Below are positions 37,611-51,529 of a stretch of DNA of 64,000 nt, in pieces. Both the position numbers and the translations under genes were made by a program. Source of the stretch: Camelus dromedarius. Lineage: Eukaryota. Position 1 is the first letter of the stretch. Each line of letters begins with the position of its first letter. Location: the NCBI RefSeq assembly GCF_036321535.1, contig NC_087437.1:107634001-107698000 (forward strand), given 5' to 3'. The notes below the pieces were generated by a model, which was not told the origin of the DNA, ran no database searches, and saw only the letters and a program-made list of their open reading frames with translations.

Positions 37611-38959
37611 ATATCGTTGAAGTGTTTAATAATTGCTTTGTCCACCTAGTGCTGCTTTTCCTTCACCAAGTATGGTGGAAGTTCAATTATTTTTTCCATA
37701 GAAAGAATGCTAGACAAGAAATAAAGAAAGAATCCTGATTTTGCTCTATTTAAGAGTTGAAGCTGCACCCCTGCCAATGAGTTCTCCAAGACAGCCCTAC
37801 GATGTTTTAAAACAAAAGTGTTCTTACTTTGTTATTTAAAATATTTCCAACAGATTTGTTCTACACAATCAAAACAGTCCTAAATCACACAATACTAACG
37901 TTAGTAAAATAATATATACATATATTTAGATATTAAATTTATTATTCCCAGAGCATATTTTAAGACAGTTCAACTGTAGAGTAACTATATAGTTCTATTT
38001 ACAACTTTTATGAACTATGTAAGGTAATAGAAGGTAATAGAAATATATAATACAAGAGCCTTCAGATAGAACCACATGGATACTTGCATGTGTGGACAAG
38101 TGCTTGAATATGTATTTATAAATATTTAGGTATATAGATAGCTCCCATCTTCCCCTGGTCTCACCAGCATGTGTCCAATAATTTTATCACTTCCTTATCA
38201 AGACCAAAGATCATTTCATAAGTACCTAACCGAAGTCCCAAACTCTTACTAAGTATTTCTCCTGGCTTTTAGACCAAGTGTACTCATACAAGTTCTTTGC
38301 AACTGACTAATTTGTCATGATATCCTATGGCTGTCTTTGATGCAAATTGCTTTTGTGAGATAATCAATGTTGTGAGATAGAGCTGTCTCTTTGACCATTG
38401 CCATTAGTGCCCCCACCCAAGGCTTGGAAGAGGGCATTTCCTCCCTAATTCCTCACAGCACAATTGAAGATTGAACATTATTAAAGCATGGGCATAAAGT
38501 ATGTGTAAACAAGAGTGGCTGCAACTTACATTAGAAAAGGTTGCTACTTTGGGTGCAGTGAACAAACCAGAACACATTTCTTCCCTAGCCTCAAGAAGTC
38601 CTTCATGTGGTTGGTAGTTTCATTCTCCATCAGTGAGAATCAACATGTATTACCACACATGGAAATCCAGGCCTGTGCTTTTCCTGAAATTCTTCTGTCC
38701 CTCTTTCAGAACCAGGCTGACCAACAATGGGTTATCTCTTCCCTGCATGTGATTTCTTATTCCTCAAAGAAAGACTAATTCTTCCCTGTTGCTTCAATGA
38801 TAATTAAAATAGACCATAATATTATTATTCAGTCTTAAGCAATAGTAAATGTGAGACAATGCTTGTTTCTTAAATATTAAACTGCACCAAACCCAGCCCT
38901 ATTCCTTTTCATAGCTTTAGCTACACGAGGAGGGGAGGAGGTAGGGGAGGAAAGATATG

Positions 38960-39480
38960 GTATGCCAAACATACTTATTGCATGGCTGTTAGCATAATTG
39001 GGGCCATATTGGGCTCCTTCCGTTATTCCTGTCCTTCCACTGACCCTATCTAGGGCTGTATTTCATAGTAACTCTTCTCTGTCATCAAGGGCTTTGTAGT
39101 TAATAGATATTGTTTAAAGACCACCAGGTGGCCTCTACGCTGTTAGTCTCCGATGATGAAGATCTTCGCTGACGCATTCTTGGCGCCCATGAGACTAGTC
39201 ACCCATTCATAAATCTTGACTCAGGGATGGACTTTCTGTTTCCAAGCATGTACCTCCATGCCTTAGATTAACTATAAAATTGTCCCAGTGGCTCCTTGGT
39301 GGTGCAGAGTGTAGCTGTGAATGCTTCACATTCCTACCCTCTAAGTTACCACATAGTAAACTGATCCACTGATTATATGGAACTGCCTGCTTTCTTTTTT
39401 GGTCTCAAGATACCATCTCAGTTTGATGGGCACTTTTTGTTCCCTCCGTCTTCCAAGACTCATTAACTGCCATCACGTCT
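38960..39480 (+). mobile_element. ERVL-type LTR (MER74-like)
   Basis: TATA-like 'ctataaaa', 'agtaaactgatccactg', 'ggaactgcctgctttcttttttggtctcaagataccatctcagtttg'. 5' boundary uncertain. Confidence 0.5.
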
Positions 39481-39839
39481 TGATTATTGCTCTCCTTGAC
39501 TAAGGTTTCAACTGAAATAGTTTGAGACAAGATTTGGAAAAAATATCACACTATTTGTCAGCTCTGTAGAGTAATGGTTCTGTTGATGATAAATCAATTT
39601 ATCATGCAAACAGGATACTTAACATCATAGCCTGTACTATGTACATTTGAAATATTTAAAAACATTGAACTATACCCCAAGTATGAGAGTATATTTCTTA
39701 TATTTACATAAAGGAATGAGCAGTTACTAAGAAAAGTGAAATTTTAGCCCATGATGAACCTAGTTACACAAGTGGCAGGATACTCTTTTGCAATTTAACA
39801 AGATGTGTTTTTCTGAGCTTTTCTAAACTTTTTGATCCT

Positions 39840-40350
39840 GTACCATTTCAGACATTCATTGACTCAAGGGAGTGTTCTAATAGGATAAGCACAGAAGTGT
39901 TTTTTCTTCAAATTAACCTTACCTTGGAATGAGTGACTAGCCTAGTGTGGATGATAAAAATTAGAGGCAGCCGTGTCTTTCTTTCCAGCTAAAGCCCTGG
40001 GGAAGAAACAATGTGGTGCCAGGGAGGACTTGTGTTACATGTCTAGGCAGAAGAAGTCTGTGGAATCAACAAGTGAGGACCAGTGGGATTATAAATGTCC
40101 CATCAAATGCCATTGTGTAGACAAAGGATACCTGAGATGACCACCCCTCCTCTTCCACACTGGGGACTTTGTAGCACCTAGAACTTAGATGCACACCAGA
40201 GGGAAAGGGCAGTGAGACATAAATTAACTCAAATTAAACTATTGCCACCCAACATAATGAGTCTCAAGTTAGACACTAAAATAATATAAGATAAAGAAAT
40301 CACATTTCTTGAACATCCAAAGTCATGGCCTAAGGCTTGGCCTCCACCTT
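39840..40350 (+). mobile_element. Ancient LTR (LTR78-like)
   Basis: 3' part 'gataaagaaatcacatttcttgaacatccaaagtcatggcctaaggc' resembles recalled LTR78-type ends. Confidence 0.4.
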
Positions 40351-40379
40351 TTTTTCTTCTTTTCAAAAAAAATCTAGAA

Positions 40380-41830
40380 GTGACTTCTGCTTCAAGATGA
40401 AAGACTAAATGAATGGATTAATCTCTCTCTCTAGTAAGCAAGAAAAATGATTAAAATGACAGTAAAAATGTATAAATCACTAAATATACACAACCATACA
40501 TACACAAATAAATGAATGAACACATTAACAGATACATAAATAAAGCCATAATGTTGGATATAAGAAATGTGTAAATAAAATCTCATAATAAATGTTGAAA
40601 TACTTCTAAAACCAGCATAAAGTACAAATCATGACACAACCAGGTTAGTCTTGTACAGGTAACACTGTCCCCCAGAGGAGCTCAAAGCTCAGGGTGAGCT
40701 GATACAAAATGTGGAGGTGGATTCTGGGGCAGTCATCATTGTCAGAAGTCTGTCTCCAGACCAACTGAGCCAATGGCCCTAACTTAACATAAGCAGAAGG
40801 TATCAGAAATATTTACTCCTAGGCATTTTTTTCCATTCAATTAATAATAATAGTAAATAATAATAATAGATTTTCCTTGGGAGAGAAACCTAATATGAAT
40901 GAAGGGACAAGGGAGAGAAACAAAAGAAAATATAAGGACTTTCAAAATACTCCTGGAGAGATAAACAGGAAAGGGATAGTCAACTAGGAATAAAAATCTA
41001 GAGATGTTCATGTCCAGAATAAAATATTGTTCTATTTATATTCCAACAATTGGTGCCTATCCATATTGTTACTCCTTATCTTTATCCCTATAATTTTTCT
41101 TTGGCTTGGTTCTTTTTTGCCCACTTAGAGTAAATGGAGCTGCACTACTGAGAAAACAAAACAAACACTTGCAATAATGATCAGCCTAGCTATTCATTCA
41201 TAATTTGGAGACATTAAAGAATAAATGCCTTTAGAAGACAATTAATAGAACAACAGAAAAGAACCAAGAAAAACAAATGATAAATAACCATTTAATTATG
41301 TAATAATACTCTGGAAGTTAACTTAATAATCTGGAAGGTAAATATGAGGATATCTCCCTGTATAGCAGAGTTGGAGAGATGGAACACAGAAGAAAAAATA
41401 TATATCTAGAGACTCTTAGCATAAAGCTTTTCTCTAGTAGAAGATTGTAAAGAAAAAAATGAATAAGACTTTATATTACTGATTTCCATTCATATGAAGA
41501 GTTATCTCTTTATTGAGAAAAGCCCACTGTTCACTAAACACAACTTTTAAAAATGTCTCCCACAAAACTAAATACAAGCTGGTGTAATTTCTGATTTCTA
41601 CTAGTTTGTAGAAAGGTGTAAAAGCTAGTGAAGCTGATGAAGCTGCAATGGACAAACCAGTTATCTACAATGAAAGATGGACTAGCATTATTTATGCCAT
41701 CAACAAACGTGAATGAAAAGAGTTATGGAATAATATCATTAAATTTCTAAAGGAAAGCACTTTCAACATGGAAATTTCCAGGCAAACTATATATTGTGAG
41801 GGCAAAATAAAAACATATGTACATATAAAT
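40380..41830 (+). mobile_element. Ancient L1/HAL1 5' end and ORF1-region remnants
   Basis: 'gacttctgcttcaagatgaaagact' resembles an old L1 5' start; A-rich ORF1-like tracts ('ctggaaggtaaatatgaggatatctccc', 'ccaggcaaactatatattgtgagggcaaaataaaaacat'). Confidence 0.45.
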
Positions 41831-41834
41831 ACAG

Positions 41835-42260
41835 AAACTGACCTGAGTAATTTCTGTGTTCCTATAATCTAAAGTCCCAATGAAGACTAGCTTCAAGAGG
41901 AGTTCAGTTCAGATGATGACAGTGGTCGGAGCCCTAGTTCTGGCCACTTTTCACTACAATGGAGTCTTCTTTGCCTTCCATAATATGTCAGCCACTTCTT
42001 TAGGATGGCTCTTCTCATGGAAGTGAAATTGGCTGATAACATTTTATTTACTTAGAGTAGGAAAGAAAAATGTCTTTATTGTAGGATATTGTTCAGAAAT
42101 TCTAAGTTTAGTTAGTGGTCTCATGCCCATTGCTGAACTGTCACTGTGATCAGGACATATGCTCTATCTTTGGGACTAGAAGTTGACTCAACTTCCTCAG
42201 AAGGTGTCACCAGAAATTAGGTAACATTGGAAATAAATAATATATAGATGTTAAGGAGAT
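41835..42260 (-). mobile_element. Old MaLR LTR (MLT1K/L-like)
   Basis: 'agcttcaagaggagttcagttcag', 'ggatggctcttctcatgg', 'ggtctcatgcccattgctgaactgtcactgtgatcagga'. Confidence 0.5.
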
Positions 42261-43549
42261 GTGAAAGTCTGGTACAAAGATTAAGATCTATTTCCCGTGA
42301 ACTCTTTCTGTAAAATGCTTAGAAAAAGAAGAAACCCAGGGAAGGAGAAAGCATGGGCTATGAGACACCATAGAACCAACCTAAGAATATAATGTAAGTA
42401 AAACCAATTATGACTGCAGTAAAGCAAATTAAAAAAAAGAGGAAACCAATTAAATTATAAAATTTATAAGAAGTCAGGAAACCCATGAGGAATGATTCCA
42501 TGAAGGAACATAAGAAAAGCTGTATCACTAACAACTTAATAGCAATATTAAGGCACATACACTTCTTTGTTAAGTAGAAAATAGGCAGTTAAAGGCCATT
42601 GGAGGAAAACAATGCTGTATAAGAAACCCACAGTCTAAATACAAAGCAAGATAAAATACAGCGTATTTTCGAGCAAAGGATGAAATATAAAATTAGTTCT
42701 TAGTTAATAAAATCAGAACTCCACTAGTCAATAAATTCAGGAAGAAGAAAAGAGCCAATTGCTATTCTAATTTCATGAAAAGTCTCTTTAAATTTATAAT
42801 ATAAAAGTACAATATAATAATAATAATATAATTTCCCCAAGATTTTTCCCCTGAAGCTACATGGAATATATGAATGAATGGGTTTGTTTGACAACACACA
42901 CCATAATTGAATAAACATGTTCCTTAAGACTGCCTGGACAGCATTAACTATCCAGTAAATAATTGTTCAATGAATCAATTTCCATTTTTTAAAAAATTTA
43001 AAATTAAACAAAAAATCATAATTATATCCATGGTGAAATTGTGAGTGGGAAGTGAAAATAGCCTTTAAATTGTATTTGATCATATTTCCTACTTTTAGCA
43101 ATTTTTATCTATAGAACACATTTTATAATTTTTAATTTTTATGCATTTTAAATTTTATAAATTGGACTGAAGAAAATCACTTATCAATAAGACATTAGTT
43201 ACTTTTGGAAAGGATACAACTCTTTTAAGATAATTGTATATAGAGAAAGAACTCAGAGGGATGTGTGCAAAGTCAGTACAGATACAGTGTGATGGTCCAT
43301 TTTTGTTTACTGGACACTGTGCTCCATGTTGAAATTCCAAGGCAAACAAGACATAAGCACTGGTATTAAGCACTTAAGGTCTAGATTGGCAAATTTTTAA
43401 TAATTACAATAGATCTTAATAAGTTCTATGATTGGGATTATGTACACTCTATTACTGGTACCCAAAAGTGAGACTGAGAAATTTAATTTTTAGAGACTCA
43501 AACAAGGAAAATCATTGATTTATAAGTGGATTAAAAAATTGATGTGAGG

Positions 43550-44275
43550 GTCCCTTGGTATTTACCCAAATGAATTAAAAACTTACACTAACCCCAAAAT
43601 CTGTACACAGATGTTTATAGGAGCTTTATTCATTATTGTCAAAACTCAGAAAACTTGGAAGCAACCAAGATGCCATTCAATTAGTGATGGATAAATAAAC
43701 TGCGATGCATCCAGACAATGGAATAGTATCTAGTGCTAAAAAAGAAATGAGCTATCAAGCCATGAGAAGACACAGAAGAATCTTTAATGCATATTACTAA
43801 GTGAAAGAAGTGAATCAGCAAAGGCTACATACTCTGTAGTCCCAGCTATATGACATCTAAATAAGACAAAATTTTATGAAGACAGACAATAAAAATATCA
43901 GTGGTTGCCAGGGATTGGTCATGGGGGCTGGGGTGGGGTGGAGATTAATAGGCAGACATAGAGATTTTCAGGGCAGTGACATTACTCTGTATGATACTAT
44001 GATGGTAGATGCATGTCATTGTATATTGTCCAAACCCATAAAAAACACAGCATCAAGAGTGAACCTTAATGTAAATCATGGACTTTGTGAGTGATTATGA
44101 TATGTCAGTGTAAATTCATCAGTTGTAACAAATGTACCACTGTGGCAAAGGATGTTGATAATGGGGAAGGCTACACACTGGTGGGGGCATGGGATATGTG
44201 GGTCATCTATGTATCTTCCTCTTAGTTTTGCTGTAAACCCAAAATGCTCTAAAAAAATAAAATACATTTTTAAGA
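43550..44275 (+). mobile_element. L1MC1-like ORF2 end and 3' UTR
   Basis: 'ccttggtatttacccaaatgaatt...acttggaagcaaccaagatgcc...gagtgaaccttaatgtaaatcatggactttg...ttttgctgtaaacccaaaatgctctaaaaaaataaa'. Confidence 0.92.
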
Positions 44276-44811
44276 AATGTAGTCTTGTTTGAGGCTATAT
44301 GAGAGTTTACTTTTTACAGAGTCAGAGTTCTGGGAGTCTGGGAGAAAAAGATGTGGAGAAAGGGGAGTAGGTTGGGAACTGGGTCAAGTGTATAAGGATT
44401 AGGGAGATGCCAATGTAGTGGGGATAGATAAATGGAGGGCACTGACAAGGAAAATTAGGATGTTGTATTAGTTCCAGGAGTCCTTGGAAGTAGATCAGGT
44501 AAACTTTTCTGATAGAACTAAAATCCAATGTAGAAAGTTCTAGAGTGGTTATGATATAAAGTTTGGCACTTTTCTGCTTCTTGGCCTACAGAAAATAATG
44601 TGTGGTTTGTTCCTGTTTGCAACATGGGGGATATAAGTTTGCTGCCCATGATTCTTTATATGGGGAGGGGAAGGTGGGAGAGAAGGGGCTAGAGACACCC
44701 TAAGCAAAGCTAAGCAAAGCGGAGTGTCATCTGGTTGATAGTTTTGGTCTATCAGAAGCTTTTGTCAAGATACTGATGGTAGGAATGATCATACCACTCT
44801 CAAAAGCCTGG

Positions 44812-45310
44812 TCATAAGTCCTCGACTTGTGACTCGACTTTACGATGGTGTGAAAGTGGTACATGTTCAGTAGAAACCATACTTTGAATTTTGAAATTTA
44901 ATCTTTTTCCCTGGGCTAGAGATATGTTGCATGATAACTCTACTCTCCCATGATGCTGGGCAGCGGCAGAGAGCAGTTGTTACCAGTCAGACACGTGATC
45001 ACACGGGTTAGCAACCAATACACTTACAGCCATTCTGGAAACAGACCACCATTCTATTTTTTACCTCTAGTGTGATTTTTAATAAATCACATGTGATACT
45101 CAACAATTTACTATAAAATAGGCTTGGAGTTGGATGATTTTGCCCAACTGAAGACAGATGTATGTGTTCGGAGCACACTTAAGGTAGTCTAGGCTAAACT
45201 ATGATGTTCCATAGAGATTAGGGGTGTCAAATGCATTTTCAGTTTATGGCATTTTCTATTTATGATGGGTTTATAGGGAGGTAACCACATGGTAAGTCAA
45301 GGGAGTTTTG
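44812..45310 (+). mobile_element. Tigger5-derived MITE (MER47-like)
   Basis: 'cgactttacgatggtgtgaaag...cagtagaaaccatactttgaattttg...gatgctgggcagcggcag...gatgattttgcccaactg...ggtaagtcaagggagttttg' followed by TA. Confidence 0.9.
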
Positions 45311-46469
45311 TAGTATCATTTTTTTAGACAATAGTACTTGGAAAATATAGGAGCATCTTACTTTTCAGTATAGTATAAGTTTGATAAGTCTAAATTGATT
45401 TTCTCTGAGACATCAAAGGGAGTTATGACTAATTCTCAAACTAAATTACTTTGATTATTCTTTATTTAGTTATAGAATATTTTCCTTCAAAAATGAAAAA
45501 CATGTATAGATTTTTATCCTGTAATTTGCTCTTTAAAGTTTAAAATTGTTGGTTGCAAATGAAGTCTTGTAGACTATGATGCATTTACTCTTTACCCTGC
45601 CAACACGTATTAACAAAAATTTAGCATTACAGATTTTGCAGAAAGTATATTTCACATTCTGGCTAAGTTTATTGCAGTTTCTAGATTTTAGCTGAGTACC
45701 TTAGAATGAAGGGGAAAGAGCATATAACGGCCACTACTACTCTGCTAGGAATTTTTTACTGCTAAATAATTAAATTAATAGCTCCCTAAGATATCAAGAG
45801 TGGACCAACATAAAAGTGATAATCCTGCAATTCATTATCTATAATTTTGTCATGAATAATTATTGTGAATTTTCTTCTCAATGACATCTCTGAAGAAAAA
45901 CTAAAATTACCTATTTAATATTATGCATATTAAAGACATAACTAATTTCTAATATTATTTTTAATTGGTAGTTTAGATCTGTAGATATAATTCCCAACAG
46001 ACAAGTTGGAAAATACAACAATTTTTCACTGATTAATATGTACTCAAATTTTATTCATCATTCCTTACATTTCTGTGTTTAAATTGCTAAATCCATTTAT
46101 ATATGTATATATAGTTTCAAAACCTATAGTTGGTTTTGGCACATTTTCTTTAATTATGGTTTTTTTCCAATGGCTGAAAAACCATCTGGAAAACTAGAAA
46201 ACCCACAGATTTGTGGGGACTTCTTGGTTTACGAAATTAAGAATGTCCACAGACAAAAATTTTATATCAACTTTCTAAATCAAAATTTCAACTCTCTGCC
46301 AATTTGCTTAATTTTTATTCATTTGCAAGCCGATTACCCATTACATAAATTGTTCATTACAATTACCTAGGTATATTAGAAAAATTGATATAATAAAGCA
46401 GAATATATCATAAATGTGAAAATAAGTAAATTATTGATATAATAAAACACATTTTCAAATTTCTTCATA

Positions 46470-47525
46470 AACAGACTTCAGGTTATCAACTCCATGAGAT
46501 TTTTCTAACAACATATTAAAATTGAATTTCTCACCTCTCCACTCACACAATTGCTTCCTCCTTTATTATTAGTTATATTCTATCCTCAAAAGGATATCTG
46601 ACTTTTACCTTTTACTTTTCTTGTTCTCTAAATCTAATCATTAACTAGATCCTATCAGGTCTACATTCAAATATTCAAATAATTGTTACACTTCTCTTGC
46701 TCTCACCACCTAATCTTAAATACTCCTGACACATGACCCATGATTATTATAAAAGTAGACTTCAAACTCCTCTCTCCCTACCTCACATGTCTTGCTCTTG
46801 CCAGCCATCTTAACATTTCTCTACTTTTCTACAGATCACTTTTCCTCTTAACACTCAAACATCTTCAGTGGCAATCAGGAGCCAGACTTTCAACAGACTG
46901 CACATTTGGCTGTAGCACATGTATATATAATTAGGCACTAAAATCACTACATATACTTCATTCAGACAAATTGGTTCACTTTTCCTGGAATTAATCTCCA
47001 AATATCCACTGCCATGTATCTTTCTGAGTGACAATCATTAACCCTGGATTTATGTTAGCTTTACCTATGGAGCTTTTGAAAATATGTCTCCTTAGGTCAA
47101 GCTCTGGATCTTATGAATCTGTCATTCTCAGATGGGCTCAGATTTGAATGTTTCTGACTAAACACCATAAATTTCCATGTTACTTTTTACATGGAATTTT
47201 CTTTCTCTTACCATCAAATGTCCAAATTCCACTATAGCTCAAGCTGTATCTCAAATGTTACACACTATAATATCTATAAAGTCTTCCATTATAAATCTCC
47301 CTACCCCAATTTGTAGAGAACTTTTCAGCCCTCTGAAATTTTACAGTATTTGATAGAGTGTGAACATATCTTTCAGTCCATAACACCTTCTATTTATATG
47401 CTAAGTGCTTCAGCTATTTTACTTACTATACATTTTTCTAAAGGCAACCTCTGCTTGGTTTTATCTTTGTATTGTCTTAAGCTCCTTACATTTAGAAGAT
47501 GCTAGTTATTTTGTGAGATGAATTT
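46470..47525 (+). mobile_element. Decayed L2 fragments with a nested MER5-type fragment (~47030-47170)
   Basis: L2: 'aaaattgaatttctcacct', 'tctaaatctaatcattaactagatcctatc'. MER5-like: 'ttacctatggagcttttgaaaatatg'. Confidence 0.5.
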
Positions 47526-49233
47526 ATCCCACAAGGGGCAATGTGTTATTGACAAAAATGTCTGTGCTGAAGTAAATAGTATGGCTTAGACTGAATCAAT
47601 CCATTTCAATATATTAAGTGAAAAATAATGCATCCATTTATGCTCTGCAATGTCTATTCCTCAGTGCTAGTATTACGTCCCCTAGAAAATTAGATAACTT
47701 TCCCTCCATTTTCAGAGAGCTCCTTCAGTCTGGTGAGGCAGAATATTCTCCCTCCCTTCTCCCTCTGCCCAATTTCTAGAAAACACAGTAGAAAATAAAA
47801 GTACCTTCACAAATGATGAAGTACTACTGATCTGGAATTTAAAAAAAAAGAAAAAAAAAGATTTAAGAAAGGATACTTGAGATAAAGCAGATTATGTTTA
47901 GATGGGATTAAATGATTCCACCTCAGATCATGATCCATTTATGCCACCCACAAAATGAAGACTTGATAGACCAGTTGTCAGGTCTGTACTTTCTTGATGT
48001 AAATTGGTTTCTTCTTAGTATTTGAGCCATTGGAGTAGTTGAAATTCTCAGCTCCTGAGTCTTCAGCTGCTCGAGGTAAATATTAAGAACTAGAGTCTTC
48101 ATTGACTATAAGATAGTGCTAAGATGACTTCTTTCCAAATGCTCTGAAAGTGTGAGATGGAGATTATGACCTTCTCAGGTACTATATCTCTAGCTGATGC
48201 AGCAGTACCTTCCATTTTATTTTGTCTTCTCCTCGCGTCTCCACCTCCTGCCTCTGAATCACAGAAAGTTTACAGGAAGATTTTTCTCTGCTTTGTGGAG
48301 AAATGTCCCATTTCCCATGCAACCCTATGTTTAGAAAAGCTTCAATTTAAAAATATATTTATTTATTTATGTCCATTATCATACATCTAATAAGGGGTAA
48401 ATTGACGGTCTGGGGGGAAAGTTTAAGCAAACATCCTCTAGGAAGTTATGGTGAAAGTAAGGAGAGTTCCATGCCTGAGGAGGTAGAAGTTATGAGTAAA
48501 ACTGAGCACCTGCTCCTCGTAGCTCAGGCTGTATCATGTTGCTGGATGTGCAGGAACAGCTATCACCCAGATACACCTGCAACTAATCTGGTGGTTCTGT
48601 GGTTCCAAGGAATGTTTGCTAATTCAACAGAGGAAATTTATGGAATGTTAAAATAATCTCATTCACACCCTCTAAGCATATATATAGTATATTTGTGGAT
48701 TTTGGTATAAAGTGAATGAAATATTCAAACATCCTTAAAAGAAAAAAAATTCAATTTAATTTTTAGTAATTAACATTTCATTTCCAAAGACATCATTCAC
48801 ATTTTTTGAAAAAATTGGGATTATATCCTTCACCTTTGTTTTGATAAAATCTATTTAAACATGACCATTGATGTTTTATTTGAAGATAGAAAAAAATACC
48901 TCCTTTTATTGAATAAAAATTGTTTTAAAGCATAGATTACAATAGAATAATTTTAATTCATTTGTAACAGACTTAAAAACTGTCTCAACTCATAAATCAT
49001 GTGAAATAAAAACAAAAAGTGAAAATAATCAGGCCTATTGTCTTCATAATTTTTTAGAGTCCGTTTATATAACCAAGTAACCTCTAGAAAACAAATACAG
49101 TGAACACTCAGGGCAGGCCCCCCTTTTTTTTAGGACATCCACAGCAGATTTTCTGAAGCTGCTTAGTGTGAATATGCTACTAAAAAGTAAGTGTAACTCA
49201 ATACCTAGTTTATTGACTTTCAGGGACTAGGAT

Positions 49234-49615
49234 TGTTATGGATTAAATGTTTGTGTCCTCAAAACTCATACTGTTGGAATTCCAACCCCAGTGTGATAGT
49301 ACTAGTAGATGCAGCCTATGGGAGGTAATTAAGTCATGAGGATGGACCCTCATGAATGGGATTTGTGTCCTTGTGAGAAGAAACAAGAAAGGTTTCTCTC
49401 CTTCTCTCTCTCTCCCCCTTTCTGCCCTCCACCACGTAAGAATACAACTAGAAGACAGCCATCTGTAAACCAGAAAGAGAGCCTTAATTATGAGAGACCA
49501 TGCTGGCACCCTGATCTCAGACTTTCAGCTTCCAGAAGTGTGAGAAATAAATGTTTAATGTTTAAACCACCCAGCATATGGTGTCCTGCTATAGCAGCCC
49601 AAACTGACTAGGACA
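49234..49615 (+). mobile_element. Complete MaLR solo LTR (MLT1A-like)
   Basis: TG...CA ends: 'tgttatggattaaatgtttgtgtcc' ... 'tgctggcaccctgatctcagactttcagcttccagaagtgtgagaaataaatg' ... 'atagcagcccaaactgactaggaca'. Confidence 0.92.
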
Positions 49616-50325
49616 GCATGTTCATTTTATTTTCTTATTTTTCCATTGAATTCTTCTACTCTGTATTGTTTACTGGTAATAGCTCTTTATATATTAAGAT
49701 AGTAAAGAATCCAATCCAGATATTAAAGAAATAAGTCTAGCTATTAATGAATTTCTACTCTCATTCAATTCTATACCTTTCCAATAGCCAAATGGTGCTG
49801 ATTCCTATGCCACCTACTTCAAAATAGAAGAGGGAAGAGGAGGAGGGGTGAGGGGAAGAAAAGATCTCACTTGACAGGCATAATTACAATCTGGCATTGT
49901 TACACTGAATTCCGTTAATATCTAAATGCCAAGTCTTTTTCTCATGAAATGTTTTTGGAGTTAGAGAAAATCTATATGAAGCATTTCCAACAGCAGATGT
50001 CTAATGGTTGACCTCCTGGTCACTGTTGACCTTGATTTATACATTTAAGATTTACCCCCAGCATATGTCATACACAGGTAACGTTCCCCTGGAAGGAAAT
50101 GTTTTGTATAGCGTTTATTTTACAATAGCTTAGAACCAAATACCTCCCCGTGGATCCACAACTCAGCTATAGAACACACAGATCCTTGATGGACGCTTTA
50201 TCCACTCCCACGGAAGTGTACTGTCTTTTTACCTTGTCATTATAAAATCCTCTTGCACAGCAGCAGATCAGGTACTAACAAACTCTACCTTCTTTAAATC
50301 CATGAAGATAGAACTTAAGCCTTTT

Positions 50326-50837
50326 GTCCCAGTTATCTATTCTTGCATAATAAACTGCCCCAAACTTACTGGCATAAAACCAGAATTGTTTTTTAATCCG
50401 CCCACATACTGTAGGTCAGGAATTTGGAAAGATCTCCAAGGGGATGACATTTCTTTGCTCCACAATATCTGAGGCCATAAAATCAATGAATTGAATGACT
50501 GGGGTGACTGGGACCTAGCATAGCTTGGGCTAGAGAGTCTACCTCCAAGACCACTTTTCCACTCACGTGCCTGGCTCCTACATGTGGCCACTCTAACAGA
50601 GAACTGAGGGCTGTTGAACTTCTCATATTATTGTTCCAAGGTCAAATATTTCTAGCAAATGTAGCAGAATTTGGAGGGCATTTTAGGATCTAGCCTTGAG
50701 CTTCTCATATCATCACTTCTGTTCTACTCCTTTGGTCAAAGCAATCATAAAACCACCCAGAACCCGGAAAAGAGGATATAGGGCACCTTCCCACTGGGCA
50801 CATCCCAACAAAACTGATATGTTTTAAGACTACCATA
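50326..50837 (-). mobile_element. MaLR solo LTR (MLT1G/H-like)
   Basis: 'tgtcccagttatctattcttgcataataaactgccccaaacttactggcataaaac...gtaggtcaggaatttgg...catcacttctgttctactcctttggtcaaagcaatca'. Confidence 0.8.
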
Positions 50838-51236
50838 CTCCTCAAGTCATTCTCTTGAAGCATGCTTCAGTTGTTTTAAAACAAGGATACAGTGTAAGTC
50901 TTTTCTTATAGTGATTCATAGAGAACCAAAAGCTATGACATTCAAATCTGGGTTATTTCCACTGATTTGATGAAGTCTACATTTTTTTTTTCTTTAAGTA
51001 TCATTTTGAAAAAGTTCTGTCCTTGACCCTTCTAGTTCTGTTGTGAGCTGCTGCCAAAGTCCTGAGATATGAAGAATTCTAACACCCTGCAACAGTTTAT
51101 TCTTTAAACTGCCCTTTCTCCACTGTTGTTAACATCTACAAAATCAATATATCTATGATCAATTATAATGGTTGATTGTTTATTTCCACCATGCTTTTGC
51201 CTTTATGTATTAAGTCTCTTTTAACATGTTGTAGAG

Positions 51237-51414
51237 CAGTATTTTCAACCTGAGCTGCCCAATGAAATCATCTGGGAGGAGTTTTTAAAATCTCAGCTTT
51301 CAGGGTATATCTACCCCAATCAATTAAATAAAAACCTGAGGAAGAGACCCCAGCATCAGTATTTTTTTAAGTTCCCCAAATGATTCAAATATGCAGCCAA
51401 GATTGACAGCCAGC
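51237..51414. mobile_element. MER5A-type hAT MITE
   Basis: 'cagtattttcaacctgagctgc...aatcatctgggaggagtttttaaaat...catcagtatttttttaagttccccaaatgattcaaatatgcagccaagattga'. Confidence 0.85.
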
Positions 51415-51454
51415 ATTATGGAACCAGCCCATTCCCATCACTGTCCTTGGTAGT

Positions 51455-51523
51455 AATCCTCCTGGTTAAAGCCTTATCTCTTCTAACTGAATCCTCTTGG
51501 TTAAAGTCTTATGTCTCTAAATG
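51455..51523. repeat. ~35-bp tandem duplication (2 copies)
   Basis: aatcctcctggttaaagccttatctcttctaactg / aatcctcttggttaaagtcttatgtctctaaatg. Confidence 0.85.
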
Positions 51524-51529
51524 AATACA

